DNA of 64,000 bases from a virus. This document shows positions 16,827 through 26,482 of this stretch, one piece after another. The stretch covers positions 74,662 to 138,661 of IMG/VR virus record IMGVR_UViG_3300005573_000058. The stretch is one strand, 5' to 3'. The first letter of the stretch is position 1; every line of letters starts with the position of its first letter. A program made the translations under genes and the position numbers. The notes beneath the pieces are model-generated. The model had not been told where the DNA came from. It did not search any database and was given only the letters and a program-made list of their open reading frames with translations.

Positions 16827-17283
16827 AAATGTAATAATTGCCTATGTAGATGGATCTTGGTCATCTAAAAATCCTGATATATCAGGATATGGTGTTGTCA
16901 TTACTGATGTCAATAACAATGTAATTTATGTAGATAAAGGTTATATTACAGGAGATGCTACAGTAATGAGACAAGTAGCTGGGGAAGTAGAATCAGTTGT
17001 AAGAGCTGTTGATTATGCAATAAAGAATAAATATAGTAAGATTGTTATTAAGTATGATTATGAAGGAGTAAGAAGTTGGGTTACAGGTGACTGGGAAACA
17101 AGGAATGAGTGGACAAGAAGATATTCAGAATGGATGGATGATGCGAAGAAAAAAGTGCTGATCAAATTTGAAAAAATAGAATCAAAAGATAATGTAGCAG
17201 ATATAATGGCAAGAGCATATACGAAAGCAGGAGATGTTCATAATAGTGAGAGTAAGTTAAAGAAGGAATTTGATTTAAGATAA
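16819..17283 (+). CDS. rnhA: ribonuclease HI
   Basis: YVDGS; GYGVV; RQVAGE; YDYEGV..W; NVAD..A. Confidence 0.9.
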   Translation: MNKNVIIAYVDGSWSSKNPDISGYGVVITDVNNNVIYVDKGYITGDATVMRQVAGEVESVVRAVDYAIKNKYSKIVIKYDYEGVRSWVTGDWETRNEWTRRYSEWMDDAKKKVLIKFEKIESKDNVADIMARAYTKAGDVHNSESKLKKEFDLR

Positions 17284-17321
17284 AGACAGTTATTATAGAA
17301 AGAGTAAAAAAGGAGGTAAAT

Positions 17322-17810
17322 ATGAATAGATTTCCAGTTTGTGCTGCTTTTTATTATGTTATAGCTAAAAGATTAGGATATAAAGAAGATGAAGCGAAGA
17401 GTTTAGGATTAGCAAGAGCAATATTTTTTGCAGCAGCAAAGACAGGATTTAAAAAAGGAACAGGGAAAGTTACAGGTTATGTTAGTTCAGATAAAAAGAC
17501 AACGAAATCTAATATTGTACCAAAACAGATCATGTTTGCAGGTCTTTATACGACAGTAGTAGAAAAGAACGGCGAGTTAAGAGCTGTTGTAGGAAAAGTT
17601 ATTGATCCTAAGCAGTTTGATAGATCAGTTATAAAGTCAAAGTTTAATCTTATATCACCTAAATCATTTGACTATTTTTGTGCAAAGGTAAATGATCTTA
17701 TATCAGACTATACAAATGAAGAGTTGAATAATAGTAAGTTAGCTTATAGTTTATATCAGAGGATAAGAGATGAATACAGAAGTGATGAGTTTTACAAAGA
17801 GGTAAAATGA
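17322..17810 (+). CDS. hypothetical protein
   Basis: RBS; N-terminal NRFPV...AKRLGY..DEA.SLG. Confidence 0.85.
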   Translation: MNRFPVCAAFYYVIAKRLGYKEDEAKSLGLARAIFFAAAKTGFKKGTGKVTGYVSSDKKTTKSNIVPKQIMFAGLYTTVVEKNGELRAVVGKVIDPKQFDRSVIKSKFNLISPKSFDYFCAKVNDLISDYTNEELNNSKLAYSLYQRIRDEYRSDEFYKEVK

Positions 17811-18367
17811 TATATCCAATGAGTCCTGTTCCATTACTAAATCCTAAACTATTAGGCGATGTAAGAAGATATTGGCTGAACTATAAATATGATGGCTGGA
17901 GATTAATAGTAGATAAAGGTAAATTTTTTTCTAGAAGGGGGAACGAGCTGAAAGGATGGATAGGACTTGATAGATTTAAAGATCTAGGTTATGAATATCC
18001 TCTTGATTGTGAGCTCATGACGTTGGATATGAAAAGAACATCTATACCATCTGTTAAAAATCAAGATGTAGCTGTTCTTATTATATTGGATGTAATAGTA
18101 GAAGATGTTCCTATAGAAGATAGAATATCATTATTTCCATCTATCTATAATAACTGTAGATATAAACATTGTGAATTTTATAGTATTGAAAATGTGGACG
18201 ATATAAATAGGTATTTAGAACAGGCTATAAGAACAGGATACTGTGATGGCATTGTATTAAAAAAGAAAAACAGCTTATATTATCCTGGAAGGGAAGAGCA
18301 GATTATGAGCGTTGATTGGATAAAGGTAAAAGAGAGAATAAAAGAAAATAAAAAGGAGGTCATATGA
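17807..18367 (+). CDS. minimal ATP-dependent ligase (adenylation domain only)
   Basis: motif I KYDGWR; III LDCEL; IIIa LDV; IV DGIVLK; V WIKVK; ends right after motif V. Confidence 0.85.
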   Translation: MIYPMSPVPLLNPKLLGDVRRYWLNYKYDGWRLIVDKGKFFSRRGNELKGWIGLDRFKDLGYEYPLDCELMTLDMKRTSIPSVKNQDVAVLIILDVIVEDVPIEDRISLFPSIYNNCRYKHCEFYSIENVDDINRYLEQAIRTGYCDGIVLKKKNSLYYPGREEQIMSVDWIKVKERIKENKKEVI

Positions 18368-18732
18368 ATGGTGATATATTATTGTCAACTTTAACAAACG
18401 TAGCTGTTAAAAGGATATCTGATGAAATGTATGAAGTTATAGTTGATGAGTTAGATAGACATAATGATAAAATAGCTGTATATGTGAAGTTTGTATATGG
18501 TAAGATAATATTAACAGACGACGAATATTATTATTATGATATAATATCATGTCACGATTCATTTGATGTTCGACAGGAGGTTTTATCTATAATAAGTAAA
18601 TATAATGTAAAATTAATTAGGAATGAACTGGTTATGGAGACAAATGAGAAGAACTTAAAAGAAGATTTTATAAACTATGTAAAAGCAATAAAAGCGTTGA
18701 ATACTTATTTTGATACATATAAGAAAGTATAA
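18364..18732 (+). CDS. DUF1828-like protein
   Basis: LDRHND.I..YV...IILTDD. Confidence 0.7.
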   Translation: MNGDILLSTLTNVAVKRISDEMYEVIVDELDRHNDKIAVYVKFVYGKIILTDDEYYYYDIISCHDSFDVRQEVLSIISKYNVKLIRNELVMETNEKNLKEDFINYVKAIKALNTYFDTYKKV

Positions 18733-18752
18733 ATTTAGAAAAGGAGGTAATT

Positions 18753-19064
18753 ATGAATAAGCAACAATTAAAAGAAGAACTTAAAGATGTTAAAATATTA
18801 TATTTTGTTTCCAAAAATTCAACTTATACGAATTGGAATGTGTATTATGTAAAGGATAATAGATTACATCAGATATGGATCGACACAGATGAAAAAGATA
18901 TTCCAACGTTTTGGATACCTGAACATATAACGAAAAAAGGAAATCGAATAGGTGGATATTTTCAGAATACTGTACTAGGTAGTAGTAGAGTATTTGAGAT
19001 AGCATTAAGTCTTAGTAGATGGCTATATAATGGTGAGCATGAATTTGATTATGTGATTTTATAG
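18753..19064 (+). CDS. hypothetical protein
   Basis: RBS; 103 aa, directly upstream of the RT. Confidence 0.8.
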   Translation: MNKQQLKEELKDVKILYFVSKNSTYTNWNVYYVKDNRLHQIWIDTDEKDIPTFWIPEHITKKGNRIGGYFQNTVLGSSRVFEIALSLSRWLYNGEHEFDYVIL

Positions 19065-19078
19065 AAAGGAGGTTGAAA

Positions 19079-21238
19079 ATGGATAAAAGTATTTTAGCAA
19101 CATATGTATATACGTTATATACATCGTTGAAAAACTCTATAGAAAAATTATATAGTAGTAGTCCGCAAATTAAAAAAGATATTCTTACAAATAGATATTT
19201 TATGCCAGATTACAAAAATGAGTATGTTAAAGAATTTATAAAAAAGAAAAGGACAGGTGGTATAAGAAGAATATATGAGCCATCAGGAGAGTTGAAAGAA
19301 GTTTTAGTTAATTTTGATTTATTTATGAAGTCTATATGGCTGTTTGATAATAATTATAATTATGTTATAATGAGGAAGGACGATGAAGAAGATGATGTAA
19401 CAAGTTATATAGAGAAGTACAAGTATATTAAATATAAAAATAATACAGCATTTATATTATCAACAAGAGGATCTAGTGTAGCAGGATTTGAAAAGATGAT
19501 AGAAGATTACTTTTTATCTAAAAATCCAGATGATTATTTGATCATTAAAACAGATGTGAAAGATTTTTTTACATCTGTAAGATATGATGTGATGGCAAAT
19601 ATATTCAAAACAGTATATAGTGATTTATATAATAATTTTAGTGAGTTGACAGCTCAAATAGGTATTACGCCTTTAGAAGATTTCTTAAGTGTAATATCAG
19701 ATGCTTTGGCATTATCGTTTTATAAAGGATCGTTACCGCAAGGTTTTCCGACATCTCCGTTGTTATCATATTATTATATAATAGGTAATAAGCTTTTATG
19801 TAGTGAAACTTTTTCTTTAAAACTGGCAAAGCTTTCTGCTAGAGATAAAGATAAATATAACAGAGATGACAGTTTTTATATCTGCAATAAAATACCTATT
19901 AGTTTGACAACAAGACAAAAGTTAGACTATATAATAGATACTATCTGTACTAAAAAGGCTGATCTGAACAAAGAGATAATAAAGGTAAGAATAGAAGATA
20001 TAGTTACAAGATATGCATCTGATATATTTTTAAATGTAATATTACAATATCCAATAAATAAGTTAGTTCATTTAAAAAAGGATCCTAAAGCAGATACTAA
20101 TAGACTTAGTTGTACATTTTCTATAGTAAACTATGTCGATGATGTTCTATTTATTATGAATAATGTGTTGATTAGAGAAGTCAGAAAATGGCAATCAAGA
20201 AAGGAATATATGAAAGCGCTTTCAGGAGATATAAAGAATAGTATTGGTATAGGATTAGATAGAGATTTAGTTAATATGGTATATAGTGCAATTATGTATA
20301 AATTAACTGATGTATTAATGTATTTCTATTTTAATCCTGTAGATGTCCTGAATAAGAAATCTCTATCTAGACCTATGGTAATAAATAGTTATAAAATAAA
20401 TGCAACAGTAAATGTCTTGTCATATCCTGAGATAGCAGATTTGTTTTTAAAATGTTTTGTTAAGGTAAAAGAGAAATATGATAATACAACTGATACGAAT
20501 GAGAAGAATGTATATCTAAGTCTTTTGTATAGATTCTTGTTGATAGATGAACTTTATGTCAGCTTATATGATGCAGAAAGTATACTGCAAGAATATAATT
20601 TCTTAAAATATAGCGATTTATATAAGCAATATAAAGAGAAGTATTTAGCACTATCTGATTTTTATCCTGAGTTGGACAAGTCGATATATTTAGATAAGTC
20701 TACTGGAACAGTAGAAAAATTAGCAAAAGAGCTGGAGGATATGCTTTATAAAGATGATATAGATGCATATATGATTAGAATAATTGGACTGGATAAGATT
20801 GGACAGGTTATTAAGTTATATGGTAATTCATATGTAAAAGAAGAAAATGGAATATTGTATTATGATGGTGTACCAGCATTCAGTCATAGAAAAACTAGAG
20901 TTATGTTCTTTAAAACGTTGAAGAAAGTATTAGGTATGATATGGATGAAGAATGGTAAATTATCTCCAGCAAAGTATAAATCGTACAGAGAGCAGATATT
21001 TCAGATTTTGAAAAAAATTAAAGAAAAGCCCTTGACAAAACAGGAAATTAATATTATAATTAAGATGGACGTAAAAGATTATATAAAACAGATAGATGGT
21101 TATTTTTCTTATGCAGAAGAGTTGAAATCAGTAAGTGATAGGAGAGCGTTTAAGGAATTTAAAGATATGTATAACAAATTCAAAGAATATGTTGCTAGTT
21201 TAGAAGAAGTAGAACAAAAACAAGGAGGTAGTATATGA
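19079..21238 (+). CDS. reverse transcriptase, retron-like, with two large insertions
   Basis: KKRTGGIRRIYEP; KTDVKDFFTSV; LPQGFPTSPLLS; NYVDDVLF; KTRVM...VLG; IDGYFSY; AAGGAGG RBS favours ATG 19079. Confidence 0.9.
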   Translation: MDKSILATYVYTLYTSLKNSIEKLYSSSPQIKKDILTNRYFMPDYKNEYVKEFIKKKRTGGIRRIYEPSGELKEVLVNFDLFMKSIWLFDNNYNYVIMRKDDEEDDVTSYIEKYKYIKYKNNTAFILSTRGSSVAGFEKMIEDYFLSKNPDDYLIIKTDVKDFFTSVRYDVMANIFKTVYSDLYNNFSELTAQIGITPLEDFLSVISDALALSFYKGSLPQGFPTSPLLSYYYIIGNKLLCSETFSLKLAKLSARDKDKYNRDDSFYICNKIPISLTTRQKLDYIIDTICTKKADLNKEIIKVRIEDIVTRYASDIFLNVILQYPINKLVHLKKDPKADTNRLSCTFSIVNYVDDVLFIMNNVLIREVRKWQSRKEYMKALSGDIKNSIGIGLDRDLVNMVYSAIMYKLTDVLMYFYFNPVDVLNKKSLSRPMVINSYKINATVNVLSYPEIADLFLKCFVKVKEKYDNTTDTNEKNVYLSLLYRFLLIDELYVSLYDAESILQEYNFLKYSDLYKQYKEKYLALSDFYPELDKSIYLDKSTGTVEKLAKELEDMLYKDDIDAYMIRIIGLDKIGQVIKLYGNSYVKEENGILYYDGVPAFSHRKTRVMFFKTLKKVLGMIWMKNGKLSPAKYKSYREQIFQILKKIKEKPLTKQEINIIIKMDVKDYIKQIDGYFSYAEELKSVSDRRAFKEFKDMYNKFKEYVASLEEVEQKQGGSI
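21032..21060 (+). promoter_or_regulatory. perfect sigmaA/70 consensus promoter inside the RT gene
   Basis: TTGACA-aaacaggaaattaatat-TATAAT (17-bp spacer) with an A-rich upstream tract. Confidence 0.75.
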
Positions 21239-21459
21239 AAAAGCTGCCAAATGAGTTATGGTCGCCTAATAAAGTTAAAATATTTGGTAAAGGTCAGTTA
21301 TCAGATAACGAGTTTACAAGGCTAGTTATAGCTATTGATAATCTTATGTCAAGTATCGCTGAATATGATAGTGAATATTATTCAAATGGTGAGATGAATT
21401 TACATTATAAGTGCGGCAATTGGAATATAATGATAACTATTAATGATGAGGAAGTTTAA
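21235..21459 (+). CDS. hypothetical protein, translationally coupled to the RT
   Basis: ATGA overlap; AGGAGG RBS. Confidence 0.75.
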   Translation: MKKLPNELWSPNKVKIFGKGQLSDNEFTRLVIAIDNLMSSIAEYDSEYYSNGEMNLHYKCGNWNIMITINDEEV

Positions 21460-21482
21460 TACTATTCAAAAAGGAGGTAGTA

Positions 21483-21596
21483 ATGGTTAATGTAATAGTA
21501 TATTTTGTAACAATTATTGTTGTTATTGCTGCTGATTATATGTTGCAGAGATATATGGAATATAGAAGAAATAGATTTGTTATTAATGAGCCATAG
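21483..21596 (+). CDS. small membrane peptide (absent from the track)
   Basis: AAGGAGG RBS; MVNVIVYFVTIIVVIAADY... Confidence 0.6.
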   Translation: MVNVIVYFVTIIVVIAADYMLQRYMEYRRNRFVINEP

Positions 21597-21608
21597 TTAG
21601 GAGTTGTT

Positions 21609-22478
21609 ATGCCTAATTGGTGCGAAGATTATTTGACAATAATAACAGAGAGAAAAAATAAAGAAAGAGTAGATGATATTTTTAGAAGTATATATAATCT
21701 GGAAGAAGTATTTGAAGGAACAAAAGATATATCAGATGTGTTAAAATTGCAGAAGTTTAAATTGCTGAATAAAAAGCGGCTGAGAAGTATCAGATCATCT
21801 ATATTGAACGAAAGAGTTGTTATAGATAAAAATATATTAACTGAAGATAAATGGATACGGATCAATTATGATAATATCAGAGATGAGATCTTTAGTTTTG
21901 TTGGTAGTATAAGAAGTAAAGAATATAAGAATTATCTTAATGTAAATGCTACAGAAAGTAATGTGAAAGAAGTGTACGAGGTAAAAGGAGTTTCGTATAT
22001 AGGTATGAAAATTACGATAGCAGTTGATAGAAAATTAGAAAACTTTTATAAAGAAATTGACGATCCGATATCAGCAACTGTAACCTTTCAATCGGCATGG
22101 TCAGCACCAACTAGTTTTTTCAGTCATATTTGTGATATATTTAAACGTCATAAGAAAAATGCTCATATTATACTTCGAACGTTTGAGCCTGGAATGGGAT
22201 TTTCTGAAAGGTTAGATGTACGCTTATCTACTAATATGTCAGTTATATATGTTTCGACATTGTTGGAAGCAACAGAATGTCCTTCCTGTCATGAAATGTT
22301 TTCTAAACTTACTACAATGGTAACAGGATATTTGGAAGTTTTAGATAGGTGTCCAAGATGTGGCTGTCCACTTGATAATTTCTCATTTGATTATAATGAT
22401 ACTGTTTTGTCGAAACTGTTAAATAGAATAGATAATTATATAAGTATGAAATATGAAATAAAAAGAGGTGGAAAATGA
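21609..22478 (+). CDS. YubB/DUF1281 ferredoxin-like protein with a C-terminal zinc ribbon
   Basis: MPNWC; FQSAWSAP; FEPGMGF; CPSC...CPRC. Confidence 0.75.
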   Translation: MPNWCEDYLTIITERKNKERVDDIFRSIYNLEEVFEGTKDISDVLKLQKFKLLNKKRLRSIRSSILNERVVIDKNILTEDKWIRINYDNIRDEIFSFVGSIRSKEYKNYLNVNATESNVKEVYEVKGVSYIGMKITIAVDRKLENFYKEIDDPISATVTFQSAWSAPTSFFSHICDIFKRHKKNAHIILRTFEPGMGFSERLDVRLSTNMSVIYVSTLLEATECPSCHEMFSKLTTMVTGYLEVLDRCPRCGCPLDNFSFDYNDTVLSKLLNRIDNYISMKYEIKRGGK

Positions 22479-23470
22479 AAATAGCATTGTATTCAGATGT
22501 ACATTTGAAACTTGATGTTGGTAAGCAATATGTTGAAAGGTTAGAAGAGTTAGAGCAGTTTTATAAATATTTAGAGAAGAACGATGTTAAAAAGATATTC
22601 TTTTTAGGCGATTTGTTTCAAAGAAAGTATATATTAGAAGATGTTTTGATCCATTATGTATCTAAGTTTTTTGCATCTAAGAATATAGAGACTTACTTCT
22701 TGGTAGGTAATCATGATAAAGGTATAAATGATATAAATTTAATGTCGTTTTTGATATTAAAAGATATATATCATATAATTGATGAATATCAGTATGTTGA
22801 TATTGATAATGTTAGATTACATCTACTACCATGGAAGAGAGAATTTCCTGATCTAGGTATGGTAGAAATGTCGAATTCTAAAAAGAATTTTCTGTTAATG
22901 CATTTTTATCCAAGATGTGTAGTAGAATATGATAATATAAAGTATGTTATCAGTTCGTCTAAAAAAGATAGTTTTGATATGAATGCTGTTAAAGATTTTG
23001 ATAAAGTTGTAACAGGTCATCTACATTATCCGTTTATAAAAGATAATTTGATTGTAGTAGGTTGTTTATTTCCAACATCTTTCGCTGAGACATTTGATAC
23101 AAAATTTATTGTAATGGATACTGAGACTGTAACTGTTGAGAATGTATCAACATCATCAGTTGTTGATTATCCAAAGTACGTAACGCTAGATGTAAAAGAT
23201 GTTGATATAAATAATATAAAAGAAAGTAAAAACTATTATAGAATAATATACAATGATGTAAAAGATATTGAAAGAATAAGGTCGAAAGTGAATATTGACA
23301 GAATACAGTTCGTCTATGAAAAAGTGAGAAGATATGATGATAATAATGAACTTGTGTCTTTCGATCTTGATCTATTATCATTGTTTAAAACGTTCATTGA
23401 CGATAAAGTGGAAGATAGTGAGAAAGAGAAGATGATAGAAAGATTTAAAGATTTTGAAAAAAGGAGGTAA
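22475..23470 (+). CDS. sbcD: SbcD/Mre11 (gp47-like) metallophosphoesterase nuclease
   Basis: SDVH; GDLF; GNHD; GHLH. Confidence 0.9.
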   Translation: MKIALYSDVHLKLDVGKQYVERLEELEQFYKYLEKNDVKKIFFLGDLFQRKYILEDVLIHYVSKFFASKNIETYFLVGNHDKGINDINLMSFLILKDIYHIIDEYQYVDIDNVRLHLLPWKREFPDLGMVEMSNSKKNFLLMHFYPRCVVEYDNIKYVISSSKKDSFDMNAVKDFDKVVTGHLHYPFIKDNLIVVGCLFPTSFAETFDTKFIVMDTETVTVENVSTSSVVDYPKYVTLDVKDVDINNIKESKNYYRIIYNDVKDIERIRSKVNIDRIQFVYEKVRRYDDNNELVSFDLDLLSLFKTFIDDKVEDSEKEKMIERFKDFEKRR

Positions 23471-23472
23471 AG

Positions 23473-23628
23473 ATGAAAAAAGTAAAAATAGTAGAAGTTG
23501 GTGAAAAAGATATTGAAATTGATGGTAAAAAAGTAGAAGAAACAAGAATAGATTTAATATTGAAAAATCTAATAGAAGAAGGTTATAAGTTAATGTTTGT
23601 AAAAAAGGAGGTGTATCATGAAAGATAA
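23473..23628 (+). CDS. hypothetical protein (absent from the track)
   Basis: AAGGAGG RBS; 51 aa. Confidence 0.6.
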   Translation: MKKVKIVEVGEKDIEIDGKKVEETRIDLILKNLIEEGYKLMFVKKEVYHER

Positions 23629-23839
23629 GAAAGGAGAAAAAGTAAAAGTTGGAATTTCTGTTAATGAAAATGGTTTGTATGAAATTGAAGAGTTTGTGGA
23701 AGATGATGATAGAGATTATGATGTTATAATAGAACTCGATAAAGAAAAATCTGATAGATGGTTCAAGATATTTGTAGATTTTTGGAAATTACAGTTTGAA
23801 TTAGAAGATATTTGTAAAGTGTATAAAAGGAGGAGGTAG
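23618..23839 (+). CDS. hypothetical protein
   Basis: RBS; 73 aa. Confidence 0.7.
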   Translation: MKDKKGEKVKVGISVNENGLYEIEEFVEDDDRDYDVIIELDKEKSDRWFKIFVDFWKLQFELEDICKVYKRRR

Positions 23840-23841
23840 TT

Positions 23842-25107
23842 ATGGAATTGAATGATTTGCTATCAGGTCTAATAGATAAGATCTCATTATATTTAGGTAG
23901 TAAGTTTACGATCGAATACGAAGGTGCAGAAGAAGGTGTAATTAATGTTGATAAAACATATCTTCAATTCAGCATGCCATATAACGAGTTACCAAGATTT
24001 GTAAAGAGGAAGATAGAAGGTGATTACGATAAGAAGAAAGTATACATTTATACAACTAATAATGTTGGTTCTATAACGAGTGGTATAGATGATATTCGGA
24101 AACAAATGATAATATTACAGTTGAATATTATGCTGTCTAATTTAGAGATAGGTAAAAAATATGGAGTATGGTATATATCTAGGTCAGCGCTTGATAATTT
24201 ATTTTCACGTATAAAAGAATCAAGACACTATATTACTCGGCTTCTTAATATAGGTCGTTATAAAAAGACACATGTTGAAGATATAATGAAATTTGCATTT
24301 AACAATGTTACATTGAATCCAGATAGAAAATATACAGATTTTAGAATAAAAGAAGATCACATTTTTAAAGACTATTTGTCAGCTGAAGTATCTCGTATGT
24401 TAATTGATACATATCTACAAACGTATAATGGTAATCTAAAGAATATAGTATTTTCGTTAGATTTATTTAAAGATATAGAATATGGCAGGTATACGAGTAA
24501 GCTTCGTGAAGGCAAACAATCTGTGTTTAGGGGCAAAAAAGGAAAACCTATTAATCTGGTAAGAGTTGAAAACGGTGAGCTACTAATGAGTTTATCAGGA
24601 AAAAAAGAAAAGAAGGATAACGATGAAGTAAAACGGCTTGGTCTAAAAACGTTGTTAAATGTTATTATGTATGTTAAGAAGGTAATTACTGAACATAATC
24701 TTTCAAGCTATATGCATTTTGAAATTAGTCAGTATAATAATGATAGCCGTTACGTGGCAGCGTATAAACTTATAGAGCAAGGATTGTTATTGTTTAAAGT
24801 TCAGAGAGATGAGGAAGATGCATTTAGAACTGTGCCGTTAGAAAATATATTAGTAATGGTTGATGAAGATGGTAAAATGATAGATACAATGCAGGAGTTA
24901 TCCATTTATATGCCGATATTAAAACCAGCAGTGAACAAGTATAAAAACGCAATTAAATATGATGAATTATTTGGAACTGATACTTGCGATTTTAGTTTAT
25001 TTGCTAATATGTTAGAAGATGCAAGGAATAATTCTGAGATAACTGAAGGTAGTTACACAAGAAATGATTTATACTATGTTCCGTTGTTTGAAATTAAACA
25101 TAAATAA
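23842..25107 (+). CDS. hypothetical protein
   Basis: 421-aa ORF with RBS; no recognised motif. Confidence 0.85.
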   Translation: MELNDLLSGLIDKISLYLGSKFTIEYEGAEEGVINVDKTYLQFSMPYNELPRFVKRKIEGDYDKKKVYIYTTNNVGSITSGIDDIRKQMIILQLNIMLSNLEIGKKYGVWYISRSALDNLFSRIKESRHYITRLLNIGRYKKTHVEDIMKFAFNNVTLNPDRKYTDFRIKEDHIFKDYLSAEVSRMLIDTYLQTYNGNLKNIVFSLDLFKDIEYGRYTSKLREGKQSVFRGKKGKPINLVRVENGELLMSLSGKKEKKDNDEVKRLGLKTLLNVIMYVKKVITEHNLSSYMHFEISQYNNDSRYVAAYKLIEQGLLLFKVQRDEEDAFRTVPLENILVMVDEDGKMIDTMQELSIYMPILKPAVNKYKNAIKYDELFGTDTCDFSLFANMLEDARNNSEITEGSYTRNDLYYVPLFEIKHK

Positions 25108-25119
25108 AAGGAGGTGAAT

Positions 25120-25323
25120 ATGAACGCATTTGAAAAGTATATAAATGATCAAATAGAAGCAACAGGAAATTGCAATCCAGATGATTATTCTAAATTAGAA
25201 CGTACAATGATGAGTATAATTAACAAGTTTTTTGTCATGATTAAAGAGGAATATGATAAATTAGACGATGCAGAGAAAACAAGACCAGATGCAAAAGATG
25301 TAAAAATGAAACCATTATTTTAA
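25120..25323 (+). CDS. hypothetical protein
   Basis: RBS before ATG 25120. Confidence 0.7.
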   Translation: MNAFEKYINDQIEATGNCNPDDYSKLERTMMSIINKFFVMIKEEYDKLDDAEKTRPDAKDVKMKPLF

Positions 25324-25337
25324 AAAGGAGGTGTGTT

Positions 25338-25979
25338 ATGAGTATAAAAGAGTTAGAAAAAGAGTTGAAAATAGAAACAAAAGAGGAAAAGATAGCTACA
25401 GGATATATAACTTTAGAGTATGACGAAATAACATATAAAGACTATAAATTGACTGTGAAACCAGTATATGATAGTGAAGTATATGATATCTTGTATGATG
25501 GCTTAAAGGAAAACTACGATTGCATTTTGGTTAATTATCATAGGGATTTTCATGTCACAAGTGATATAATTGATGAAGAGACAGTAAGAGGGTTATATAC
25601 AGGTGAAATAGATTGGGATAAAAAAGAGAAAGAATTAAGATATTGGATATTTTATTTGAGTTGCCTAATTCATGGCGAAGTTTGGTTAAAATTAGGTTAT
25701 ACTGGTTTTAGTAGTGATCCTGGTGGATGGGATACATCACATGTTGGTTTAGTTCTGGTTAGGAAAGATATATATAAAACTAGAAAGGAAGCAGAACAGG
25801 CTGCAGTAAATTATGTTGGAATCTGGAATAAGGTATTGAGTGGTGACGTCTATGATGTGAAGGTATATAAGAATGAAGAAGAAATAGATAATTTTGTTGC
25901 TGTTGGTAAAGACGAAGTATATGAGTATATAAATAATATTGAGAACAATAATAACAAAGGAGGTAACTATGAAAATTAA
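25338..25979 (+). CDS. phage hypothetical protein
   Basis: RBS; WDTSHVG and W...LSGDVY motifs. Confidence 0.8.
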   Translation: MSIKELEKELKIETKEEKIATGYITLEYDEITYKDYKLTVKPVYDSEVYDILYDGLKENYDCILVNYHRDFHVTSDIIDEETVRGLYTGEIDWDKKEKELRYWIFYLSCLIHGEVWLKLGYTGFSSDPGGWDTSHVGLVLVRKDIYKTRKEAEQAAVNYVGIWNKVLSGDVYDVKVYKNEEEIDNFVAVGKDEVYEYINNIENNNNKGGNYEN

Positions 25980-26457
25980 GTTACTTAATGTAAGGAAAGG
26001 TATAGGTAAAGTAGTAAGTTTCGTAGATGTTGGATTTTTTGGTAAAGATGAAAGTACACCATTAATTACGTATAGGAGTATTCCTATATTAAAAGGTGGC
26101 AATTCGTTATATGCAATTGTTGATGTTCCAGCAAGAAATGGTGAAGGAAAAGTTCAGAGAAGATCTAAAGATCAAAAACCGTTTATTCAAGTATATTTTT
26201 CTCAACAGGTTAAAGATAAGATAATAGAACTGTATAGTAGTTATGCGAATAGTGATCCATCTGTTATAAATAATGTTAATACTTCAGGTAAGTCGAGTGG
26301 TATGAAATCACCGAAGAAAGTGTATAGTGGCGGAAATAAATATAGTCCAAAAGCTAAATATACTCCAACAGAAGATGATATAGATCCAAATGTTAATACG
26401 AACGATGATGAATTTGAACTTGATGAGCCAGGTAATAATGATGAAGAAGAAATATAA
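25969..26457 (+). CDS. SpoVG-like protein with an acidic tail (putative SSB)
   Basis: beta-rich N-terminus resembling SpoVG; C-terminal DDEFELDEPGNNDEEEI. Confidence 0.55.
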   Translation: MKIKLLNVRKGIGKVVSFVDVGFFGKDESTPLITYRSIPILKGGNSLYAIVDVPARNGEGKVQRRSKDQKPFIQVYFSQQVKDKIIELYSSYANSDPSVINNVNTSGKSSGMKSPKKVYSGGNKYSPKAKYTPTEDDIDPNVNTNDDEFELDEPGNNDEEEI

Positions 26458-26482
26458 CAAATGAATGAAAAAGGAGGTATAT

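Noticed and set aside
19079-21238. diversity-generating retroelement targeting the tail fibre
   Set aside because: I saw no TR/VR pair differing at adenines and no Avd gene, and the RT motifs (PQG..TSP, VLG) are retron-like. A TR/VR pair outside the window cannot be excluded.
19079-21238. group II intron
   Set aside because: Flanking genes abut the ORF, leaving no room for intron RNA, and no domain V or maturase/HNH region is evident.
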